64,000 nt of DNA from Dehalococcoidia bacterium (GCA_965207845.1 CBDBNU010000003.1:314492-378491), one strand, 5' to 3'; shown: positions 28,423 through 36,762, numbered from the stretch's first letter. Translations and numbers: made by a program. Notes: generated from the sequence alone by a model not told the origin.

Positions 28423-29241
28423 CTACCATCCGTCGGCAGGGTTGATTTCGCGGAGCATTACGGGCGTGCCGGGTCCGATGGCGCACCGGGAGGCCATCCC
28501 TTCGTTGACCTCGATGGCGTACTTGGCGGGTGCGGTGGAGGCGTAGATGGGCAGTGACCCTCCTTCAGCATCGTGCTCCGGCCGCATGGTCTGGACGTCT
28601 ATGACGTTCAGGTCTTCGTCGACGAAGAGGATGTCCAGGGGTATGAGGGTATTCCTCATCCAGAAGCTCAACTCTCGCTCGCGCTGGAAGACGAACAGCA
28701 TCCCGCGGTCCTCGCCCAGCGATTCCCTGCCCATTAGCCCTTGCGCCCGTTCCTCCGACGTGTCGGCGACTTCAAGGAAGAAGTCGCAGGAGGCGATGGT
28801 GGCTGCGGCTTGGATTTCGGGGCCGAGGGAGGGCGTAGGCGATGGGGTTGGGACGCGAGCGGCTGTCGGTGTCGGGGAGGGTGTGGGAGATGGGGTCGGT
28901 GTAGGTGAGGGTGGAGGCGTAGTGGTGATTGTGGGCGTGGGCGTCGGGGTGGTTACTGACGGGGATGGAGTGGATTCTGCTGCTGCTGCGGGGGTGGTTG
29001 TTGGGGAGGGAGCGACGGATGGTGTGGCGGTCGGCGTGGAGGTGATGCCGGGTGTGGCGGTTAGCGTTGGCGCGGGAGTGGGTGTAGCCGTAGTTGCTGT
29101 TTGCGTCGCCTCCCCGTCGTCGCCGGCGCAGGCGGCGAGAAGGAAGAGCGCGGCCAGACACGCGAGGGTGATTCGCGTCAGGGCAAAGGAGACGGCATGA
29201 ATGGACCCATTACCCAAACACCTCTTTGTGCCGGAGTACAC
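28423..29241 (-). CDS. DUF192-domain lipoprotein with Pro/Thr-rich linker
   Basis: Lipobox LFLLAAC, a roughly 110-aa PT linker, and the DUF192 core ([18 protein letters not shown]...[16 protein letters not shown]). Confidence 0.8.
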   Translation of the reverse strand: MYSGTKRCLGNGSIHAVSFALTRITLACLAALFLLAACAGDDGEATQTATTATPTPAPTLTATPGITSTPTATPSVAPSPTTTPAAAAESTPSPSVTTPTPTPTITTTPPPSPTPTPSPTPSPTPTAARVPTPSPTPSLGPEIQAAATIASCDFFLEVADTSEERAQGLMGRESLGEDRGMLFVFQRERELSFWMRNTLIPLDILFVDEDLNVIDVQTMRPEHDAEGGSLPIYASTAPAKYAIEVNEGMASRCAIGPGTPVMLREINPADGW

Positions 29242-29300
29242 TTTTGTCTAATTCTTAGAACTTGACATATATTGTTCAACTATTGTAGCCTGTAATACAG

Positions 29301-29329
29301 ATGGAGGACATCAAAAAGATGTCCTCCAT
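29301..29329. repeat. perfect 12-bp inverted repeat (hairpin) immediately upstream of the tRNA
   Basis: atggaggacatc-aaaaa-gatgtcctccat. No flanking T-run on either strand, so this is not a canonical terminator. Confidence 0.7.
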
Positions 29330-29336
29330 CTCACGC

Positions 29337-29422
29337 GGTCGGGTGCCTGAGTGGCCGAAAGTGCCTGACTCCAAATCAGGATTGCGTAGCGCGCATCGTG
29401 GGTTCGAATCCCACCCCGACCG
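29337..29422 (+). tRNA. class II (long variable arm) tRNA with anticodon read as CCA; identity uncertain (Trp-like anticodon and G73 on a Ser/Leu/Tyr-type body)
   Basis: Hand fold: acceptor GGTCGGG/CCCGACC, anticodon arm CCTGA-CTCCAAA-TCAGG, 17-nt variable arm ATTGCGTAGCGCGCATC, T-arm GTGGG-TTCGAAT-CCCAC, G73, no CCA. The D-stem is weak (CCT/AGT, C10-U25 mismatch). Confidence 0.6.
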
Positions 29423-29676
29423 CAAAATAATGTCCTTGTCTATTCACCAGAGATTCTTATGTGCCTTATAATTTACACTGCGGTAGTCTAGTCTGTCAAC
29501 AACAACAAAAAGTTTGAGATAAATTTAATATTTTCTTTGATTAATTACAAAATTATGAACTAAATCGCCATGTAAGGACAACTTTAGCATCCAAATGAGC
29601 GACAATTACTCACATATCTTGAGCAAATGAGAGCCCTCATAAGAGTTTTTCTCTCGTAATTTAGTTTCGCCGCATA

Positions 29677-29985
29677 TTGACACAGGAAATGGCAATGTTT
29701 GAAGAAGATCACTGTCAAATTGAACAAATCCCCATGGCCCAGGCTCGAGGTATGTTAGGGCGCCTACCGGAAAAGCTTTCTAAGGAGAATCGGGCAGTTG
29801 CCTTGACTAAACGCGGTAAGCCTGTGTTGGTCGTTATACCTTGGGAACTGTATGAATCTATCGCTGAGACAATGGAGATTCTCGAAGATGCCGAGATGAT
29901 GGATGGCGTTCGTAAGGGCATCCAGGATATGCGGGAAGGCAACCTGATCTCCCACGATGAAGTGGTGGCGCGGCTGGGGGACTAG
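29677..29985 (+). CDS. Phd/YefM-family antitoxin, apparently orphan
   Basis: The core RAVALTKRGKPVLVVIPWELYESIAETMEILED is typical of Phd/YefM. The exact start is unclear (TTG 29677 or later ATGs). No toxin ORF follows. Confidence 0.7.
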   Translation: MTQEMAMFEEDHCQIEQIPMAQARGMLGRLPEKLSKENRAVALTKRGKPVLVVIPWELYESIAETMEILEDAEMMDGVRKGIQDMREGNLISHDEVVARLGD

Positions 29986-29992
29986 GCCGGGG

Positions 29993-31402
29993 TCAGGCCA
30001 GGGCGAGGGAGCGCTGGCGCATTCGGGGGCGGGCGCGGCCCCGGGCCACCCGCGGCAGGTACTTGCCCGCTTCCACCAGGAGCGCGAGGCTGTTCAGGTA
30101 GTCGTCGTGGCCGTCGGATTCTTCCACGTAGAAGTTCATCGTCTTATCCATTCGGTACTGGACCTGCGCCGACGTCACCTGCCGCCAGAACTCGGCCCAC
30201 TCCTGTGAGCCGTCCCGGGCGTACATCTTCAGCCGGCCTGAATTCACCGCCGACATCAGGTCGTAGCCCAGCCGCGACTTGCTCTGGGTGCTGTATCGCA
30301 GCGAAGTTACGGCGCTGGAGCCGAGGGCTTTCGACAACACGCTTGCCACGCCTTCGCCCATGCCGGTGGCGTCGACGGCCACGCGGCGACAGCGCCACAC
30401 GTTCTTGAGGATGTCCACCAGCCGCGGGTAGAGGGCGTGGTGGGGGACACCCTGCCACTCGTAGTGCTCCACCACACGGACGGCGGGGTCTCGATTGAAG
30501 TTATCTATTGCTGAGAAGTCCAGCTCGCCGATTGTCAGCACGGTGGAGTCGGGACGCTGCCCGGACGCGGTCAAGTCGCCAGCGCCGGTCAAGCCTCCGC
30601 CCACGTCCAGCCCGGCCACGTAGACGCCGTTCCTTGTCGGCGTGCGCAGGCGGGAGTGACTTCCCTGAAGCTGGCCGGTGTCGCCGGCGGTGAAGAGGCC
30701 CCCCTGGCCGGATACGGGCAGCAGCAGGTACTGGGTGCGGAAGAGGGGGTGGTTCTCCCCCATGCGCTGCCGCTCCGCCTCCACGTAGCTGCGGTAGGGC
30801 GGGCTGTGGGCCGCCACTTCTTCCCACGGCACTGAGAAGTGGCGCTTGACGCCGTCCTTCCGCTCCAGTTCCCGGTTGGACTCGGCGACCTCCTCCAGCA
30901 GGGAGCGGCCGTCCCAGGGGGTGCCGTAGAGGACGGTGGTGACGTTTGTGGAAGCGCCCATGGGACGGAACTCCTTGTGGTACTTGTCCGATTCGATGTC
31001 CTGGGCTTCGTCCACCTCCAGCAGGATGTGGGCCGTGTTGCCCACCACGTTGGCGTTTGGTTCGGCGCTGAGAAAGAGCTGACGGGCTTTGCCAAGTACC
31101 ACGGCGTTACCAGCTTCCGTGTACCAGTGACCGCGATATCCGGCATCGTCCAGCCGCTCCTTCAGCCGGTTCATGCTGATGAGGGCCTGGGGCAAGAAAG
31201 TGGGTGCGGCCTTGATCATGTTGCCGCCGTCTGCATAATTCATGGTCAGGAGAAGCGTCCCCAATTGGGCGGAAAGCTCGTTCTTTCCACCCTGTCGGGC
31301 AATTTCAACGGTGAAGGTCAGGCCTTTGCCGCGCGCCACGCTCTCCATCACGGCGCGGCCTATCTCGAGTTGGTAGGGACGAAAAGGATGTCTATTCTGC
31401 AT
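29993..31402 (-). CDS. terL: phage terminase large subunit
   Basis: ATPase Walker A-like ARQGGKNE and Walker B LLEVDEAQD, with a C-terminal nuclease-like half. AAGGAGG RBS. Confidence 0.9.
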   Translation of the reverse strand: MQNRHPFRPYQLEIGRAVMESVARGKGLTFTVEIARQGGKNELSAQLGTLLLTMNYADGGNMIKAAPTFLPQALISMNRLKERLDDAGYRGHWYTEAGNAVVLGKARQLFLSAEPNANVVGNTAHILLEVDEAQDIESDKYHKEFRPMGASTNVTTVLYGTPWDGRSLLEEVAESNRELERKDGVKRHFSVPWEEVAAHSPPYRSYVEAERQRMGENHPLFRTQYLLLPVSGQGGLFTAGDTGQLQGSHSRLRTPTRNGVYVAGLDVGGGLTGAGDLTASGQRPDSTVLTIGELDFSAIDNFNRDPAVRVVEHYEWQGVPHHALYPRLVDILKNVWRCRRVAVDATGMGEGVASVLSKALGSSAVTSLRYSTQSKSRLGYDLMSAVNSGRLKMYARDGSQEWAEFWRQVTSAQVQYRMDKTMNFYVEESDGHDDYLNSLALLVEAGKYLPRVARGRARPRMRQRSLALA

Positions 31403-31414
31403 GTCGGCCTCCTT

Positions 31415-31636
31415 CTAAGTGACCGCCCGCATTACCACGTCGGTAATGACGGCGGCAAGAATAATCAGCATCAGGGCGTTGACACGCCCCTTCACTTCCT
31501 CCAGCTGCTTCTCCAGAAGCTCCATGCGGAGTTCCAGCAGGGCTTCCGGGGCGAGATTTCGGAAGTCCGGCGGCGGACGTCGTCGCATCCTGCTCGAAAG
31601 GCTGCGAAGGGCTTTGCCGATGTTCTTGCGGCTCAC
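31415..31636 (-). CDS. small phage protein, basic N-terminus, coiled-coil and C-terminal TM helix
   Basis: The GTG at 31636 overlaps the upstream TGA (GTGA) and follows GGAGGG. The C-terminus ALMLIILAAVITDVVM is hydrophobic. The track ORF starts at 31654. Confidence 0.5.
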   Translation of the reverse strand: MSRKNIGKALRSLSSRMRRRPPPDFRNLAPEALLELRMELLEKQLEEVKGRVNALMLIILAAVITDVVMRAVT

Positions 31637-31953
31637 GGCCCGCCCTCCGTCCACAGCTCCCTGCCGATGCCGTTGATGACCCCGGCGATGCTGTCGGTCA
31701 GGTCGTCCGTGGACTTGGGTGAAAGCTTGTAGCGGGTGCTCACTGCCCTGGTCAGCATGTTCATAGCACTGAACATGAGGTCCATCCTTTCCGGGTTCCG
31801 CATAATCTGGTCTCGCAGTTTGATGCGAAGAATGGCAATCTCTTCGTCGACGCCCTCCATGTCCCTCGCCGCTTCCAGACGGGCGCGTTCGGCCTCCGAG
31901 AGAACGTCTGCATAGAAGTCCTCGGGGGTTATCCCGGCGGTCTTGCTACTCAT
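31633..31953 (-). CDS. small phage protein, candidate terminase small subunit
   Basis: 106 aa, helical, positioned just upstream of terL and translationally coupled on both sides. The function is assigned by position only. Confidence 0.45.
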   Translation of the reverse strand: MSSKTAGITPEDFYADVLSEAERARLEAARDMEGVDEEIAILRIKLRDQIMRNPERMDLMFSAMNMLTRAVSTRYKLSPKSTDDLTDSIAGVINGIGRELWTEGGP

Positions 31954-32092
31954 CCAGCCCGCCCTCCAGGACTTCCATCAGCTCTGTCAGGGCGTCTTCA
32001 GGCACGGCCAGCGAGGACCTGAGCATGCCCAGCAGCAGGCACAGGGACATCAACTCCCATTCTTCTTCGGCAACTATCCTATCGAGGGTCAT
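31946..32092 (-). CDS. 48-aa hypothetical protein (below the track threshold)
   Basis: The ATG at 32092 lies 4 nt after the upstream stop, with GGAG about 11 nt upstream. The stop overlaps the next ATG (GATGAGTAG). Translation: MTLDRIVAEEEWELMSLCLLLGMLRSSLAVPEDALTELMEVLEGGLDE. Confidence 0.35.
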   Translation of the reverse strand: MTLDRIVAEEEWELMSLCLLLGMLRSSLAVPEDALTELMEVLEGGLDE

Positions 32093-32096
32093 GGCG

Positions 32097-32414
32097 TTAT
32101 TTTCTCCTTTTCCAACGTCGCAGAATGAAACTCAGCACCAGTACGGACGCCAGCATGGGCAGCGCGCCGACCATGAAGCGGAGCCTGGGCGCGGACAGAA
32201 CATCCGCCTCCAGGCCTGCCAGCCAGGGCAGGAGGCCCAGGTAGAGGCTCTGCACGAGGAAGGCGAGGCTGATGACCAGGAGCGTGTACAGGGCCCACCG
32301 ACGATGCTGCCGGCCGTGGGTCGAGTATGTGAGGAGGTGCAGGGCATTGGCGCCGCTGGCAAAGGCGGTGACGCAGCTCTGGAGCACCAGGGCCATCTCC
32401 CATCCGAAGTTCAA
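32097..32414 (-). CDS. three-TM holin-like membrane protein
   Basis: The TTG at 32414 lies 6 nt after GGAGG; an alternative ATG is at 32396. Three hydrophobic segments and a basic C-terminus (RRWKRRK) give a class I holin-like topology. The track ORF extends to 32570. Confidence 0.5.
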   Translation of the reverse strand: MNFGWEMALVLQSCVTAFASGANALHLLTYSTHGRQHRRWALYTLLVISLAFLVQSLYLGLLPWLAGLEADVLSAPRLRFMVGALPMLASVLVLSFILRRWKRRK

Positions 32415-32627
32415 GAATTGCCTCCATCGGCAGCCACCTGTTAGCTGAGATGTTCTAAGCATAGAACAACCGTGCACTCGCGTCAAGGATGGGGAGTCAC
32501 TAATGATACGTTGGAGGGCCGCCAACCAGTTTTGAACGGCCCAAGAAATGAAGTATTGCGCAATGTGCAAATACTACGGATGTCCTCGTTGTTTGATACA
32601 ATTGCAATCCGCAGCAAAGAATTTCTC

Positions 32628-35105
32628 ATGAAACTATCAAAGCTACTACTCATCAATTGTTTCCTGCTCGTGGCCCTTATCGCCATTTCCTGCGGTGGGA
32701 ATAGCGCCCCCACTCCGGCGCCGACACCTGTTGCAACTCCCACTCCAAGTCCCACGCCCCTGCCGACCCCCATTTCCACACCCCTACCCTTGGGCATGTC
32801 GGTGGATAATCCTTACGGCGCCGGGGATGTCCTCGTTGGCTCCAACGGGGTTCAGGTGCAGGTTGCGGGCGTCATGCAAGACGCTCAGGCGGTTCTTCTC
32901 AAGGACTTCCCGGGCAATCCTTCACCGATGCCCGACTACCGGTTCTACATGGTCGCCCTTCGCATCTTTAACCTCACCGGCGCCGAAAGCGTCGGCGTCA
33001 GCCATACCCATTTTCACCTGATGGGAAGCAGCCGAAGCAACTTCAATCCGGTGATCCATTCCTGCGGGTCCATCCCCGACCAACTGGAGGGCGAGATTCC
33101 TAAAGGCGGCCAGCTTGACGGGAAGGTGTGCTTTCAGGTCCCCATCGACGAGGATGACCTTGTCCTGGTCTATGTCGCTCCCGGCACCGGGGAAGCGGAA
33201 CGTCGTTATCTGAGCCTAGACTATCCCGGTCTCACAGAGCCACCCATCGTCGTGGCCGTCGACACTCCGACGCCTACGGCTGAACCAACCCCCACGCCCA
33301 CGCCAACTCCCACACCCACTGCCGTACCCACGCCCACGCCAACTCCCACACCCACTGCCGTACCCACGCCCACGCCAACTCCTACGCCCGAGCCGACCCC
33401 GGAACCCACGCCGGAACCCACACCGACACCGACCCCTGAGCCTACGTCTGAACCCACCCTGACCATCAGCGCCATGATTGAGGAGGTGCGTCCCTCGGTG
33501 CTCCGAATCCGCTCCAATAGCGGCTCCGGTTCTGGCGTGATTGTCGAGGTGGACGACGATGCAGCCTTGGTTCTCACCAACCACCACGTCATCGAAGACG
33601 CGAGTAACGTTCAGGTGGAAGTAAACGACGCGATGACGTACGATGCCCAGGTCCTGGGCGCCGATTCCGTGCGGGATCTGGCCCTTATCCGCATCTGCTG
33701 CGGCGCATTTCGCGCTCTGCCCTTCGGAAACCTCCCCAAACTGATGCCTGGAGACGAGGTCTTTGCCATGGGTTATCCGCTGGGACTTCCTGGGGAGGCA
33801 ACGGTTACCAAGGGCATCGTCTCTGCCATCCGCTTTGACGAGAATAACCAGAGGCTCGTTATCCAAACGGATGCGGCTATTAATCCGGGAAGCAGCGGCG
33901 GCCCAATGCTTTCCAAAACAGGGGAGATTCTTGGCATCAATACCTTTCGCCGGGAAGAGACCGAAAGCGGTAGGCCGGTGGACAACGTCGGCTTTGCAAT
34001 CGCCGCCCCTACAATCCAGGAACAGCTGAACGCCCTCAAGACCTCGCCGCCGCCTCCGATCCCGGGCCCCACGTCGGAACCAACGCCAACCCCAGGTGGG
34101 GAATACGCCTTTGGTCCCCTGAACGGAGAATTGAGGCACGACCCAGGGGATGGGTTTATCGAGACAAAGTATGCCGAGGTCACCCTGGACGACACAATGT
34201 TAGAGGCGACTTTCACCAATCCCTATGACGCTTCGGAACATGACTGGAGCTATGGCTTCATACTCAGGCGGGACCCAAACAGAGATAATGATTCCCCTTA
34301 CATGCTGGTGGTCGTCAACAGTGACCGAAACTGGGTGGTGGAAGCGGGTAGTTCCGGCAGTTACCGCCAGATTGCCGGGGGAATGGCGCCCAACCTGATG
34401 CTGGGATCGGGGCAGCAGAATCACGTGATGATTGTGGCGCTGGAGGAGCGGGGCTGGCTCTTCGTCAACCGGGTCTTTATTGCGGCCTTCGATCTGAGCG
34501 AATTTACGAGCAGCGGCGACGTCGCCGTATTAACCGGCTACTACACCGGCAGCGAAGTGGCCGGAGGCATGACCAGTTACGAAGATTTCAGGGGCTACGA
34601 TCTGCGGCGGCGATACGGTCCGACCAGCGGGACGATTGAGCACGTTGACGACGGCCGCGTTGGAGCGCATCGCAGCGGTTTAGACACCCTCGATTTTGTT
34701 GTTGAAGCTACCTTCAGGAATCCCGTGGCCGGAGGACGAGATCCCGAGGGCGGTCCGTACGATTACGGCTTCATCTTTCGCAATCCAGTCTTCAATCATC
34801 TCGAAGTCCTGGGGATTCATAGCCGTGGCAATTGGGCGCACGATACTCGCAGCGAAAGTGACGATGAGTACACAGAGTTGGGATCAGGGAGCCTTTCCAA
34901 TTGGCGTGACGGCGCCGGCAGCCGGAATCACCTGCTCCTAATCGCTGTGGCGGAAACGGGCTGGTTCTTCGTGAACGATCAACTGGCAGCCACCTTGGCG
35001 CTCGAATTCAATTTGAAGCCCGGAAACATCGCCGCAATTGCCGGCTTCTATACCACCAGCACCCACGACGTGGATTTTGGAGACTTCCAGGTCTGGGCGC
35101 CGTAG
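32628..35105 (+). CDS. multidomain lipoprotein: DUF4352-like domain, PT/PE linker, S1C (HtrA-like) serine protease, two C-terminal repeats of an unknown ~150-aa domain
   Basis: Lipobox LIAISCGG from the ATG at 32628. Protease triad contexts [16 protein letters not shown] and NPGSSGGPM. The two C-terminal repeats share ..ATF.NP....YDYGF/WSYGFI.R.... Confidence 0.85.
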   Translation: MKLSKLLLINCFLLVALIAISCGGNSAPTPAPTPVATPTPSPTPLPTPISTPLPLGMSVDNPYGAGDVLVGSNGVQVQVAGVMQDAQAVLLKDFPGNPSPMPDYRFYMVALRIFNLTGAESVGVSHTHFHLMGSSRSNFNPVIHSCGSIPDQLEGEIPKGGQLDGKVCFQVPIDEDDLVLVYVAPGTGEAERRYLSLDYPGLTEPPIVVAVDTPTPTAEPTPTPTPTPTPTAVPTPTPTPTPTAVPTPTPTPTPEPTPEPTPEPTPTPTPEPTSEPTLTISAMIEEVRPSVLRIRSNSGSGSGVIVEVDDDAALVLTNHHVIEDASNVQVEVNDAMTYDAQVLGADSVRDLALIRICCGAFRALPFGNLPKLMPGDEVFAMGYPLGLPGEATVTKGIVSAIRFDENNQRLVIQTDAAINPGSSGGPMLSKTGEILGINTFRREETESGRPVDNVGFAIAAPTIQEQLNALKTSPPPPIPGPTSEPTPTPGGEYAFGPLNGELRHDPGDGFIETKYAEVTLDDTMLEATFTNPYDASEHDWSYGFILRRDPNRDNDSPYMLVVVNSDRNWVVEAGSSGSYRQIAGGMAPNLMLGSGQQNHVMIVALEERGWLFVNRVFIAAFDLSEFTSSGDVAVLTGYYTGSEVAGGMTSYEDFRGYDLRRRYGPTSGTIEHVDDGRVGAHRSGLDTLDFVVEATFRNPVAGGRDPEGGPYDYGFIFRNPVFNHLEVLGIHSRGNWAHDTRSESDDEYTELGSGSLSNWRDGAGSRNHLLLIAVAETGWFFVNDQLAATLALEFNLKPGNIAAIAGFYTTSTHDVDFGDFQVWAP
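33295..33382 (+). repeat. perfect 36-nt tandem repeat (about 2.4 copies) inside the PT linker
   Basis: The unit cgcccacgccaactcccacacccactgccgtaccca is repeated at 33295, 33331 and 33367 (partial). It encodes [12 protein letters not shown]. Confidence 0.85.
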
Positions 35106-35221
35106 CCGAACTGCATGTCACCTTGATACCAACGAAGAATCTCGCAGAAGCGGGTCCGCCACTATCCCTGCGAGAACGCCGGCATTGTGCGGAACTTAGG
35201 TGGAGATGACGAATATGAGGC

Positions 35222-35605
35222 TCAGGCGGTCGCCATAGCCTCAGCGTTCTGGATGTACTTTATGGTTTCCCGAACATCGGCGATGATGTCATCCTCGGGC
35301 TCAAGAACCCCGTCGTAGAAGCAAGCGCCGTGCAGAAACGACTGACGGTATCCGTAGCTGGCGCGCATCGGTTCAAGGGACGCGTCCTGCCTCCGCAGTT
35401 GTCAGAGCATCCGCATCGTTTGGCCGGAAGTGTGGGGCTCCTGCCCCGTGCGGGCTAGAATCAGAGCGTCGGTGGCCCGCTTGGTGGCGCACCAGGCTTT
35501 CTCTGCCGCGTTGCGCAACCGTCCGAGTTCCAGCATCTCCAGGGCGTCATCATATAATTCCCTGGCATCATCAAAGAGAACCTCTACTTGCCTGGTTTCC
35601 AGCAT
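35222..35605 (-). pseudogene. PaREP1/HEPN-like small helical protein interrupted by an in-frame TGA
   Basis: The ORF 35402-35605 (67 aa from the ATG at 35605) ends at TGA 35402-35404. The same frame stays open for 59 more codons to TGA 35222-35224. The combined 126 aa is colinear with the paralogs at 44515-44880 and 44920-45291 (C-terminal SFLHGACFYDG versus SSLHVNFYE). Confidence 0.55.
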
Positions 35606-35811
35606 ATACTCTCGCCATGTAGGCGTTGGATTTAACAAGGGAGCGACCGCGATAGTATAACAATTCGTTCGCAAGGGCTGAACTTTGAAAGCTCTTTCTT
35701 TCCCTGCGGAAGAGACTGGTGGGCGAGTTTGCCGTTTGGGGGCTTTAGTCCTGGGATCCGGCCGCTGAACAGGGGCAGGTTTCTAACCTGGCCCTACGGT
35801 AGGGGATGGGG

Positions 35812-36402
35812 TCACAACGTGAACCGCAACCCCTGGGCAAGAAGCTCGTTGCGGGTTTCGAGGGCTGAGGGGTGGACCATCTGCCCGCGCGCCAACATGG
35901 TGCCGATCTCTCGGCTGAGGAACTCCAGCAGGGCTTCGTCGAGGCTCTTCATGGCGCGGTTCTTCAATGCTTCCGACGAGTAGGCGTAGCGCCCCGCCTT
36001 GTTTGGCTCCAGCTTGTCGGCGAGGAACACGGCCTTGGCCACGGGGTGCAGCCCGGGGTAGGCGGTGCTGTGGTGATAGACGCCGTCGTACACCACCTGG
36101 TCGTCCAGGCCCTTCTGGCGCAGCATTTCAGCCGCCACCTGCCCGTGCAGCAGGATGGGGTTGTGTTCCTCGACCTGGTGCACGGGGATGCCGAATTCGT
36201 GGGCCCTGGCAAGCAGTTCCTCGCCGCGCATCCATCGACATAGATCGTGGGCCTGGGCGCAGAGGCGTACCCGCTCCACCTCCAGCTTGTGGGATTTTGC
36301 GAACTCCGACGCGAGGGTCTCCACCCGCCCGATGTGGCTGGCCAGCCCGCGGGGAAGGGTGTCCACCCAGTCCTGCACCACCTGATGAATGTCGCTGCTC
36401 AT
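35812..36402 (-). CDS. HD-domain phosphohydrolase (YqeK-like)
   Basis: HD motif AQAHDL with further His clusters (LLHGQVAA, VYHHS). Sits in a HIT/fabI neighbourhood. Confidence 0.75.
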   Translation of the reverse strand: MSSDIHQVVQDWVDTLPRGLASHIGRVETLASEFAKSHKLEVERVRLCAQAHDLCRWMRGEELLARAHEFGIPVHQVEEHNPILLHGQVAAEMLRQKGLDDQVVYDGVYHHSTAYPGLHPVAKAVFLADKLEPNKAGRYAYSSEALKNRAMKSLDEALLEFLSREIGTMLARGQMVHPSALETRNELLAQGLRFTL

Positions 36403-36414
36403 GGGCCGTTTAAC

Positions 36415-36762
36415 CTATATTGATCTGGACATGTCCCTGCCGCCCAGCAGGTGCATGTGCACGTGCTCCAGCTCCTGGCCGGAGTCGGGTCCCTGGTTGA
36501 GTATGAGCCGGTAGCCGCTGACGGTGACGCCCTCCCGGCGGGCCATCTCCTCGGCGATGACAAACATCTGGCCAAGGGTGGCGGAGGTCCGACCGGCGGC
36601 GTAGGTGAGCCCCTTTACGTGCCGACGCGGGATGATGAGGAGGTGGGTGGGCGCACGGGGATTGATGTCTCGGATCACCATTATCTGCTGGTCAAGGTAC
36701 AGGAAATCGACCTCCATCTTGCCTGTCGACATACTGCAAAATATGCAACTGTTGCCGCTCAT
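36415..36762 (-). CDS. HIT (histidine triad) family protein
   Basis: Histidine triad HVHMHLLGG and N-terminal CIFC. Confidence 0.9.
   Translation of the reverse strand: MSGNSCIFCSMSTGKMEVDFLYLDQQIMVIRDINPRAPTHLLIIPRRHVKGLTYAAGRTSATLGQMFVIAEEMARREGVTVSGYRLILNQGPDSGQELEHVHMHLLGGRDMSRSI

Noticed and set aside
29335-29424. Interpretation of the odd tRNA as an allo-tRNA (8/4 or 9/3 fold) or as tRNA-Sec.
   Set aside because: The T-stem is a regular 5 bp, so a 9-bp acceptor would give 9/5, not 9/3. There is no 6-bp D-stem and no TCA anticodon. The standard 7/5 fold with two extra flanking pairs is the simplest reading.
29957-30208. Plus-strand ORF downstream of the Phd antitoxin as the missing toxin.
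   Set aside because: It is antisense to the terL 3' end, has an Arg/Gly/Ala-rich composition, and shows no RelE, ParE or Doc-like motif.
33216-34139. Repetitive stretches such as 33280-33440, 56760-57000, 59880-60310 and 28800-29110 as CRISPR arrays or non-coding satellites.
   Set aside because: All lie inside long ORFs and encode Pro/Thr(/Glu) linkers. The repeat units are 12-36 nt with no spacer structure, and no cas genes are present.
35402-35404. Selenocysteine or reassigned UGA at the in-frame stop of the PaREP1-like gene.
   Set aside because: TGA is used as a normal stop by many well-supported genes here, such as darT and the phage-module genes. I noticed no hairpin immediately downstream. 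The paralogs have no Cys or Sec at the aligned position.
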